Source: a bacterium (GTDB lineage: Bacteria; Patescibacteriota; Minisyncoccia; Minisyncoccales; UBA10102). From it: a stretch of DNA of 64,000 nt. The first letter of the stretch is position 1, and each line of letters begins with the position of its first letter. The DNA lies in contig JAUSJT010000003.1 of the NCBI GenBank assembly GCA_030647485.1, positions 9,092 through 73,091 on the forward strand. The letters run 5' to 3'. The translations under genes were made by a program, and so were the position numbers. Under the pieces are notes generated by a model, which was not told the origin of the DNA, did no database searches, and was given only the letters and a program-made list of their open reading frames with translations. Below are positions 27,655-34,895 of this stretch, piece by piece.

Positions 27655-28202
27655 ACACTCGTTTTCTCATCGGGTTCACATTCATTGCTTTGCTTGCTGC
27701 CGTGGCAATAAGGATTCTTCCGCATATCCCCAACTTTACTCCCCTAGGAGCTTTTGCGTTGTTTGTGGGGGTGTTTGTGGCAAGAAAACACTGGTGGGGA
27801 TTATTACTTCCTCTTTTCGCAATGTTCCTTTCTGATCTGTTTATTGGATTTTACGACTTGAAGTTAATGGCTGTGGTGTATGGAAGTTTTTTGGCGTATA
27901 CCGGCTTTGGCATGCTGGTTGCGAAAAGAAAGAGCATTGCCATGGTCTTTCTGGGAAGTATGGGGGGAGCAGTGCTATTCTATCTGACAACAAATTTTGC
28001 AGTATGGGCATTCTCTAGCTGGTATCCCCATACGGTTTCGGGCTTGCTGCTTTCTTATACGCTTGCGCTTCCTTTTTTTAAGTATACGATTCTGGGAGAT
28101 CTCTTTTTCACAAGTGTATTGTTCGGGGTATACGAGCTTGCCGCTCATCTTTTGCTTCAACGTCAGTTGAAACTTAGCCTGTCTAAGTTACAAAATAGAT
28201 AA
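27651..28202 (+). CDS. Polytopic membrane protein, possible vitamin (cobalamin) uptake component
   Basis: About six TM segments; function inferred only from the nrdJ-pduO context. Confidence 0.3.
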   Translation: MNTRFLIGFTFIALLAAVAIRILPHIPNFTPLGAFALFVGVFVARKHWWGLLLPLFAMFLSDLFIGFYDLKLMAVVYGSFLAYTGFGMLVAKRKSIAMVFLGSMGGAVLFYLTTNFAVWAFSSWYPHTVSGLLLSYTLALPFFKYTILGDLFFTSVLFGVYELAAHLLLQRQLKLSLSKLQNR

Positions 28203-28235
28203 CAAAAACCGCCGACGAGGCGGAGTTTTGTTTTA
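28203..28235 (+). terminator. Rho-independent terminator
   Basis: ccgccgacgaggcgg hairpin followed by agttttgtttt. Confidence 0.65.
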
Positions 28236-28249
28236 TACGCTTTTAGCAG

Positions 28250-28321
28250 AGCGGGCGAAGGGAGTCGGACCCTCATCTCGTCCTTGGCAAGGACGCATAA
28301 TAGCCGCTATACGACGCCCGC
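28250..28321 (-). tRNA. tRNA-Gly(GCC)
   Basis: Acceptor GCGGGCG, anticodon loop TTGCCAA, discriminator U. Confidence 0.85.
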
Positions 28322-28416
28322 AGCGTAATAATTCACTATCAGTGAATTAAACGCTGCTGGAACGTTGAACGTAAAATTTGCAGAGCAGATTAACGTTCTT
28401 ACGTTCCGCAACGCTG
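28322..28416 (+). repeat. tRNA-associated structured repeat, family B, copy 1
   Basis: gcgtaataa-[palindrome]-aaacgctg hairpin, then ggaacgtt...ttacgttccgc hairpin. Same architecture as the copies at 53204 and 53833. Confidence 0.55.
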
Positions 28417-28426
28417 TGCCGCGGGT

Positions 28427-28498
28427 CAGAATCGGACTGACGACCAATGGTTCTTCAGACCAATGCTCTACCACTGAGCTACCGCGGCATTATATTTT
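28427..28498 (-). tRNA. tRNA-Phe(GAA)
   Basis: Anticodon loop CTGAAGA, D-arm TAGCTCAGTGGTAGAGCA. Confidence 0.85.
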
Positions 28499-28891
28499 GT
28501 TGTTGTCGAGAAGCTCCTTGAAATATATATCTAAATCTTCAATATTTTTCAACTCCTCTTTTGTGAACCAGCGAAACTCGGTGTGGTCGTTGTCGAGCTT
28601 CGGTTCTCCTGCAATCGTGCCGACATAGGTCAATCGTACCACATGTTTTCCTGGTGCGCGAAGAATGTCTTGGGCGGCAACAAGCACTGGTTCTTCAGTT
28701 AGCTCAAGGGAAACTTCCTCCATGATTTCCCGCTTGAGATTCTCAAGAAGCGGGGAACCTGGTTCAATGCGTCCTCCAACAATGTCCCATTTTGCGCCGA
28801 CCTCTGGATACTTCTCAGAAGATCGCCGGACTAACAGGTATTTACCCCCATTATTTTTTAGGAAAGCTTTTACTCCAACTTGTAATTCCAT
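28490..28891 (-). CDS. NUDIX hydrolase
   Basis: Nudix box GGRIEPGSPLLENLKREIMEEVSLEL. Confidence 0.85.
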   Translation of the reverse strand: MELQVGVKAFLKNNGGKYLLVRRSSEKYPEVGAKWDIVGGRIEPGSPLLENLKREIMEEVSLELTEEPVLVAAQDILRAPGKHVVRLTYVGTIAGEPKLDNDHTEFRWFTKEELKNIEDLDIYFKELLDNNKI

Positions 28892-28895
28892 ATTT

Positions 28896-28972
28896 TGGTG
28901 GGCGGTATAGGATTCAAACCTATGGCCTACGCAGTGTAAATGCGTCGCTCTAATCAGCTGAGCTAACCGCCC
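28896..28972 (-). tRNA. tRNA-Val(TAC) with encoded CCA
   Basis: Acceptor GGGCGGT/ACCGCCC, anticodon loop TTTACAC. Confidence 0.85.
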
Positions 28973-28975
28973 GCG

Positions 28976-29090
28976 CTCACACGGTTCCCCCCGACCCCCC
29001 CTCTTTTAGAAACCCACGGTTTCTAACGTTCGCTTCGCTTACTGTTTTCCTTCACGGGGAGAACCGAATTTTGCTTTCGCAAAATTTCTC
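28976..29090 (-). repeat. ~105-nt structured inter-tRNA element, family A, copy 1
   Basis: Conserved hairpins ttagaaacc-cac-ggtttctaa and aattttgc-tttc-gcaaaatt, long-range pairing cggttcccc/ggggagaaccg. Similar to the copies at 30444 and 39494. Confidence 0.55.
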
Positions 29091-29091
29091 T

Positions 29092-29176
29092 TGGTGGGCA
29101 AGGAGGGATTTGAACCCTCAAGCCTTGCGGCATGCGCCCCTCAAACGCACGCGTCTGCCAGTTGCGCCACTTGCCC
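29092..29176 (-). tRNA. tRNA-Leu(GAG) with encoded CCA
   Basis: Class II tRNA, anticodon loop TTGAGGG, variable arm GCCGCAAGGC. Confidence 0.8.
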
Positions 29177-29180
29177 AGAT

Positions 29181-29630
29181 TTACTTTGTAGGTTCTGTTC
29201 TGGTGACCTCTTCTTTTATCTGATCCTCTTTTAATGGCTCTTCTGGCACCTCCAGGGAGAATTCCTTTGCCTTCAATCGGGCTTTCTTTCCCTTCAAAGA
29301 TCTTAAGTAATAGAGTTTGCTATGGCGGACTTTAGTTTTTCTTGCTACCTCTATTTTCTCAACCAGAGGAGAATGTAGGGGGAATACCCGTTCCACTCCA
29401 ATACCTTGGCTTATCTTGCGCACCGTAATGGTGCCACTCACCCCTTTCCCGTGCTTCTTGGCAAGCAAAACGCCCTCAAAGACCTGGATTCTTTCTTTGA
29501 CCTGCCCCGACTTCGCGGAAAGGTCCTGTTCTTTTACCTTCTGGTATACTCTCACAATATCTCCTGCCTGAAAATCAGGGGTCTTAGCCTTTAGATATTG
29601 TTTATTGAATGTCTCCATTTTTGTTTCCAT
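29181..29630 (-). CDS. rplS: 50S ribosomal protein L19
   Basis: GDIVRVYQKV...KLYYLR L19 signature. Confidence 0.85.
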   Translation of the reverse strand: METKMETFNKQYLKAKTPDFQAGDIVRVYQKVKEQDLSAKSGQVKERIQVFEGVLLAKKHGKGVSGTITVRKISQGIGVERVFPLHSPLVEKIEVARKTKVRHSKLYYLRSLKGKKARLKAKEFSLEVPEEPLKEDQIKEEVTRTEPTK

Positions 29631-30366
29631 GATCTTGAAGGTTATGTAGTATGCCTTTTAAATCTTCTGGGAGTTCTGAAGTAAATTCTTGTACGATGCC
29701 GTCAGGATATCCTATTTTTATAAAGCTTGCGTGGAGAAAGTGTCTTTGAAGCCCTGCCAGAGTTTTCTGGTTCTTAAACCCGTAGAGCTTATCTCCCACA
29801 ATAGGATGCCCCAGGGATGCAAGCTGTACTCTTAGCTGGTGCTTTCTTCCTGTTTTGGGGAACATTTCTAATAACGTGTATCTCTTCGAGTCTGAAGACT
29901 CATTAGAGTCTGAACGACCGGAATATCTTTCTCGCACCTGATATTCCGTAATCGCCTCCCTTTTTCCTGCAGATCCTGGTTCTCCTGGAAGATAAATCCT
30001 TTGTTTTCTCTTGTCGCCAGAAGACCTTCCAAGTAATGTTTCTATTCTTCCCTTCTCCTCTTTTACGTTTCCCTCTACGAGGCAGAGATACTTTTTCTGA
30101 ACGGTGCGGTCTTGGAATTGTTTTTGGGAAAAGGAGAATGCTTCGGCATTTTTTGCCACAAGCAGGATTCCAGACGTATCTTTGTCTAGCCTATGGAGTA
30201 TGCCGTATCTCCGTTCTTCCCCTAGGGCAAGTTGGGCAGGAAACTGCTCTGCAATGGCGTCTCCAACCGTCTTTCCTTCTCCCGGTCCTTCTTTCCATAC
30301 GGCCATTCCTGCAGGTTTTTCTACAACGAGCAGTGTATCATCTTCGTGGATAATGTTCAAGTTCAT
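29602..30366 (-). CDS. RluA-family pseudouridine synthase
   Basis: HRLDKDTSGILLVAK catalytic motif. Confidence 0.85.
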   Translation of the reverse strand: MNLNIIHEDDTLLVVEKPAGMAVWKEGPGEGKTVGDAIAEQFPAQLALGEERRYGILHRLDKDTSGILLVAKNAEAFSFSQKQFQDRTVQKKYLCLVEGNVKEEKGRIETLLGRSSGDKRKQRIYLPGEPGSAGKREAITEYQVRERYSGRSDSNESSDSKRYTLLEMFPKTGRKHQLRVQLASLGHPIVGDKLYGFKNQKTLAGLQRHFLHASFIKIGYPDGIVQEFTSELPEDLKGILHNLQDHGNKNGDIQ

Positions 30367-30371
30367 AATAG

Positions 30372-30443
30372 TGGGCCCAGTAGGAATCGAACCTACTGCC
30401 TCTTCGATGTCAACGAAGCGTTCTACCAGTGAACTATGAGCCC
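30372..30443 (-). tRNA. tRNA-Val(GAC)
   Basis: Anticodon loop TTGACAT. Confidence 0.85.
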
Positions 30444-30547
30444 ACGAGTCACACAGTTTCCCCCGACCCCCCTTCTTTTAACAACCTTCGGTTTTTAATA
30501 TTTTTCCACCACGGGGGAAACTGGAAATTTTGCTCGCACAAAATTTC
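30444..30547 (-). repeat. Family A inter-tRNA element, copy 2
   Basis: acacagtttcccccgacccccc...ttttaacaacc-ttc-ggtttttaa...cacgggggaaactgg...aaattttgctcgcacaaaattt. Collinear with copy 1. Confidence 0.55.
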
Positions 30548-30624
30548 TGGTGGGCGTGGATGGACTCGAACCATCGACCCTGGCTTTATAAGAGCCATGC
30601 TCTAACCAGCTGAGCTACACGCCC
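30548..30624 (-). tRNA. tRNA-Ile(TAT) with encoded CCA, an unusual UAU anticodon
   Basis: Anticodon stem TGGCT/AGCCA, loop CTTATAA. Otherwise a canonical cloverleaf. Confidence 0.75.
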
Positions 30625-32447
30625 TTCTTCTTCCCTATCAATTTCTCAAATTCTTCTCTTTCAATAGTTTCTTTCTCTATTAACACCTTGGCTATCTTTT
30701 CAAGGAGTTTTCTCTTTTGTTTTAAGATCTTTTCCGCAGTTTTCTGCGCACCAAATAGAAGCTGGGCAACCTCTTTGTCTATTTGTGCGGCAACCGCATC
30801 AGAGTAGTTTTGGTATTCTGCTCCTCCTTGATTCAGAAACATAAATTCTTCCCTTGTCCCAAACGTTACCGGGCCCAATTTTTCTGACATGCCGTATTCT
30901 TTCACAATGGCCCTGGCAATTTCAGATGCTTTTTCCAGATCGTTTGAGGCTCCTGTGGTGATATCCTTGAACACCAGTCGTTCTGCGCTGTATCCTCCCA
31001 AAAGCACCGCCATTTCATCAACAAACTCCTTGCGGGTTTTCAGGTGCTTGTCTTCGGTGGGAAGCTTTAGGGTGTATCCTCCTGCTCTTCCCCGAGAGAT
31101 AATAGATACCTTGCGAACGGGGTCTGTATGAGAAAGGGAAGCTGAAACCAAGGCGTGCCCTGCTTCATGGTATGCGGTGATCTCCTTTTCTTTCTTTGAG
31201 AGCAAATGGCTCTTTCGTTCAGGGCCCAGAAGAACCTTATCAATGGATTCTAGTAGTTCTTCTTGGGTGATGACAGTTTTGTTCTTGCGCGCCGCAAGTA
31301 TAGCTCCTTCGTTCATAAGGCTTTCTAGATCAGCTCCGGAAAACCCAGGGGTTCGCTCTGCGATCTCTCGCAGCCGCACCGCTTGAGTTAAGGGTTTTCC
31401 CCTTCCATGGATTTTCAGGATTTCTTCTCGGTCATTTACATCAGGAAGATCTAACACAATCCTTCTATCAAACCTACCGGGTCTCAAGAGCGCAGAATCA
31501 AGAACATCCGGTCTGTTTGTTGCGGCGCATACAATAACTGTTGAGTCTCTCTCAAATCCGTCCATTTCTACCAAGATTTGGTTCAGTGTTTGTTCTCGCT
31601 CTTCGTGGCCTCCTGTAAAGGCAAGACCGCGCGCCCTGCCAATTGCGTCAAGCTCATCAATGAAAATGATGCTCCGTTCAGCCTTCTTTGCGGTTGCAAA
31701 CAGGTCTTTAACCCTGGCTGACCCTACTCCCACAAACAGTTCTACGAATTCAGACCCCGAAGCAGAGAAGAATGGAACTCCTGCTTCTGAAGCAACAGCT
31801 CTTGCAAGCAAGGTCTTTCCACATCCAGGAGGCCCTACAAGCAATACTCCTCTGGGAATCTTTGCTCCCATTTGGAGATATTTTTTTGGGTTCTTTAAAA
31901 AGTCTACGACTTCTTCAAGTTCTTCCTTTGCTTCCTTGAGGCCTGCAACATCTTTGAAGGTAACAGTTTGCTTTGGATGTCCTTCTGCTCCGAATAGCTT
32001 GGCCTTTGCTTTCGTGAAGTCAAATGCTTGCCCAAGACCGGCTCGTGCCTGGCGGAACATAAGGAAAAAGAAGAAGACGAAAAAGAGCAAAGGGAAGATA
32101 ATAAAAGAAAGTGGGCCCAGCCAAGACATAATACCTGTTTCTTCTTTTGTTTCGATGTCTACTTTTGCTAACTTGTCTTTTTCTACCCCGTAGTTTACAA
32201 GCGATTCCCCAAGAGAAGTTTCAGGTTCTTTCCTGGATTGCCTCTCGCCATTCTCCCGATACAGAATCATGAGGTTGTTTCCTGAAACGGTAATCTTCTG
32301 CACCGTCCCCTCGTTAATATCCTGTACAAGCTTTGAGAGTGTGACCCTTTCAACCTGCTTGAAGGGTTCTGCAAACATCGAAAACAGGACCGATACGGCC
32401 AATAGGATGAGCACCACAGCTATAAAGTTCTTGGAAAGATTCTTCAT
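30615..32447 (-). CDS. ftsH: ATP-dependent zinc metalloprotease FtsH
   Basis: Walker A GPPGCGKT, SRH, HEAGH zinc site. Confidence 0.9.
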   Translation of the reverse strand: MKNLSKNFIAVVLILLAVSVLFSMFAEPFKQVERVTLSKLVQDINEGTVQKITVSGNNLMILYRENGERQSRKEPETSLGESLVNYGVEKDKLAKVDIETKEETGIMSWLGPLSFIIFPLLFFVFFFFLMFRQARAGLGQAFDFTKAKAKLFGAEGHPKQTVTFKDVAGLKEAKEELEEVVDFLKNPKKYLQMGAKIPRGVLLVGPPGCGKTLLARAVASEAGVPFFSASGSEFVELFVGVGSARVKDLFATAKKAERSIIFIDELDAIGRARGLAFTGGHEEREQTLNQILVEMDGFERDSTVIVCAATNRPDVLDSALLRPGRFDRRIVLDLPDVNDREEILKIHGRGKPLTQAVRLREIAERTPGFSGADLESLMNEGAILAARKNKTVITQEELLESIDKVLLGPERKSHLLSKKEKEITAYHEAGHALVSASLSHTDPVRKVSIISRGRAGGYTLKLPTEDKHLKTRKEFVDEMAVLLGGYSAERLVFKDITTGASNDLEKASEIARAIVKEYGMSEKLGPVTFGTREEFMFLNQGGAEYQNYSDAVAAQIDKEVAQLLFGAQKTAEKILKQKRKLLEKIAKVLIEKETIEREEFEKLIGKKKGV

Positions 32448-32584
32448 GGTGAGTTATTTATATCAGAATTTCAGAAAAAATCAATGGAAATGATAAGCGC
32501 CCTCTGGTGTGAACCTTGAGGGCGCCTTAGCAGTAGACAGGAACGAGTGAATCTCCGGCATCTTTTAGGTGGCCGGTACCACCA

Positions 32585-33706
32585 CTATGGATTGGTGCTT
32601 GCTGGCGGAAGTAATGCAGGTTGTCGAGGCCTGTTTTCCTGGGTGACACGCCACTGGATCAGGTGTTCTATACGCATCATGGCTTGATGCGTTTCCCGGT
32701 CCATGCGTGAGAGCCTTCCAAATGTGGCTCGGAGACCGCCGTCCCCCTTTGGTTCAAGGAAGATAGGTGGAATCTCATAGCAGTCGTCACCTTCTGCTGC
32801 TGTTGTTATGGCCTCAGGAAGTGGCGTATCTGCAATGACGCCCATGAGCACGATGGGCATGCTTGGGTCTGGAACGAACCTTCCTAGTAGCACCGCCAGG
32901 AAGCCCGTGTCTTGACCCCCGAACCTTGAGGCGTAGTCCGAGATGACGATAGTCCCCACAACCTCTCCCTGGAGCAGGCGAGTGAGCCCCCGCTCTTGAA
33001 GGTCTGTGGGAAGCGTGCCTTGCTCCAGCAAGGGTTCCAGGCGCGAGAGAAGCTCTTCCTCTTTGCGGCTCTGGTTGCGTACCCTGGAGATCGCCCTGAT
33101 CACAGATGGCCACCCCAGCATGCTTACCTGTAGGTTGCGTTTGGGGTAGTAGTAGGCGTTCTCCCAGTTGATGGCCCTCCATCTCGGCGAGATCCTGCTT
33201 CTCTCTATGTACCCAGTCGTCACAAGACGATCAAGGTACGGGCCCACCACGCTCTTGGTGCGCAGGAATCTGCAGGGCCGTTCAAACATGAACAGCACTT
33301 CCTTCAGCTGCATGGACAGCAGCTGATTTTCCTGGCAGACACCAATAATGTCCAGGATATGCTGGGCGATCGGAGCAACCCTTGCGTCTTGCTGTTTGGC
33401 AAGAGAGCTGATTTTCCCAGACCAGAACTCCCACGCCGCGCTAAAGGTTGCACCATATTGGAGCCACGGAGCAAACCATGCTCTCGTAGCCTCGGCCCTG
33501 CTTTTCAGGGCGATGGCAAGGAACTCAATGCCGAGAGCGTCTCCTTGGCGCACCGCGTCAAAGAACACGTCCGCCTGCCCGAGCGCCTCATCTGCCTCGG
33601 CAAACACCTCGGCTACCTTCGCGGCGACCCCGTTGGAGCTGCCGAGAGCGGCAAGCCTGTTGCCAAGACTGAACCCGGTCTTCTTAGGATCTGTCGACGA
33701 TGTCAT
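32585..33706 (-). CDS. Hypothetical protein, GC-rich (~60% versus ~45% background)
   Basis: Long ORF with normal amino-acid composition. The opposite-strand ORFs are Arg/Gly/Pro-rich, consistent with antisense artefacts. Confidence 0.55.
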   Translation of the reverse strand: MTSSTDPKKTGFSLGNRLAALGSSNGVAAKVAEVFAEADEALGQADVFFDAVRQGDALGIEFLAIALKSRAEATRAWFAPWLQYGATFSAAWEFWSGKISSLAKQQDARVAPIAQHILDIIGVCQENQLLSMQLKEVLFMFERPCRFLRTKSVVGPYLDRLVTTGYIERSRISPRWRAINWENAYYYPKRNLQVSMLGWPSVIRAISRVRNQSRKEEELLSRLEPLLEQGTLPTDLQERGLTRLLQGEVVGTIVISDYASRFGGQDTGFLAVLLGRFVPDPSMPIVLMGVIADTPLPEAITTAAEGDDCYEIPPIFLEPKGDGGLRATFGRLSRMDRETHQAMMRIEHLIQWRVTQENRPRQPALLPPASTNP

Positions 33707-33790
33707 GATTCTCCCTCCTGTATTTTCTGTGTCCTGTCTACTGCCCTACTGCCATTTTCTTTCTAGCATAAACCTCTTATTTTGTCAACC

Positions 33791-33819
33791 TTGACATTTT
33801 CTCTATTCTATTCTATAAT
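33791..33819 (+). promoter_or_regulatory. Perfect consensus sigma70 promoter TTGACA-17-TATAAT
   Basis: ccTTGACAttttctctattctattcTATAATtc, then SD GGAGGG and ATG at 33863. Confidence 0.65.
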
Positions 33820-33862
33820 TCATCTTAGCAAAATCGGCAAAGTCTGAATGGAGGGTAACTCT

Positions 33863-34345
33863 ATGTCTCGAACGTTCGTGTTTGGATACGGAAGTTTGTT
33901 GAATGAGTTGGAGGTTCAGCGAACCCTGCCCGGAAAAGCCATCTTCGGGCACGCTACTCTGATTGGATGGCGGAGGAAGTTCAACAAGGGAGGCCTTGAT
34001 CACCGATACCTCAATCTGGTGCCTGCCAATTCCGAGGTACGTCAGGTAGAAGGAACGTTAATAGAGGTTACGCCAGCGGAATTGGCGGCGTTGGCAAGGC
34101 GGGAACCAGGGTACGAGATGGTGGATGTCACGAGCCAGGTCGTAGCGCCGCCAGAAGACTCCGTAGTCCTCGCTTTCATAGCTCCCTCGTTTGAGAAGCT
34201 CCTCGTCCGCAGGAGCTATCTGGAAAGGATCCGTCCTGGCGTTCCTCCAGAAGAATGGGAACAGTGGCTCCAAGAAACGGATTTTTCTGGGATCTCGACA
34301 GAAGTAGTAGGCATAGAAAACGCCTCCATGGATGAGGAGGGTTAG
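33863..34345 (+). CDS. Gamma-glutamylcyclotransferase-like (GGCT/AIG2 fold) protein, GC-rich copy
   Basis: FVFGYGSL N-terminal motif. About 45% identical to the convergent neighbour at 34433-34891. Confidence 0.7.
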   Translation: MSRTFVFGYGSLLNELEVQRTLPGKAIFGHATLIGWRRKFNKGGLDHRYLNLVPANSEVRQVEGTLIEVTPAELAALARREPGYEMVDVTSQVVAPPEDSVVLAFIAPSFEKLLVRRSYLERIRPGVPPEEWEQWLQETDFSGISTEVVGIENASMDEEG

Positions 34346-34432
34346 TCTAGAACAGGAGCGTATGCTCAATGCCCTTGGATTGTTCTGGTATATCCAGAAT
34401 GCGTCCAAGGGTTTTAATTTATGAAGCGATGG

Positions 34433-34891
34433 TTATGCGTCTTCATCTATTTGAGCTCCTTCAAAATCGGTTTCTTGGATCCATTGCGCTTGTTTCTCAG
34501 GGGGTAGAGCCGCAAGCACAGTATCAAGGTATTTCCTGCTTACTTTTAACCCTCCAAGAGAAGATGCGGCGGCAGCAAAGGCATATACAGCCGTATTGCC
34601 CAAAGGCTTGCTTTCGAGTTTGTTTGTTACATCAATAGCGTTATATCCATGCTCTCTTTTTTTAAGTTCTTCAAATTCTTCTTGCGTGACCTCTACAAGA
34701 ACGCCCTCTACTTTTGAATTGGGTTCTTGCTTAATATTGAGATATCTGTGGTTTTTCCTCCCTGCCTTATTGAACGCGCGCTTGTATCCATTCAGAATGG
34801 CCCAGCTAGTACTATGTTTGCCAGGGAGAGTCTTTTGAAGACTTTCTTCGTTCATGAGGCTTCCATATCCAAATACGTATGTATGATCCAT
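34433..34891 (-). CDS. Gamma-glutamylcyclotransferase-like (GGCT/AIG2 fold) protein, low-GC copy
   Basis: YVFGYGSLMNE...HRYLN...QETDFEG, collinear with the GC-rich paralog. Confidence 0.7.
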   Translation of the reverse strand: MDHTYVFGYGSLMNEESLQKTLPGKHSTSWAILNGYKRAFNKAGRKNHRYLNIKQEPNSKVEGVLVEVTQEEFEELKKREHGYNAIDVTNKLESKPLGNTAVYAFAAAASSLGGLKVSRKYLDTVLAALPPEKQAQWIQETDFEGAQIDEDA

Positions 34892-34895
34892 ATGG

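Noticed and set aside
32814-33794. Plus and minus alternative ORFs (32814-33182, 33348-33794, 33359-33766) within the GC-rich gene
   Set aside because: Same antisense or off-frame signature (R/A/G/P-rich) in a 60% GC region.
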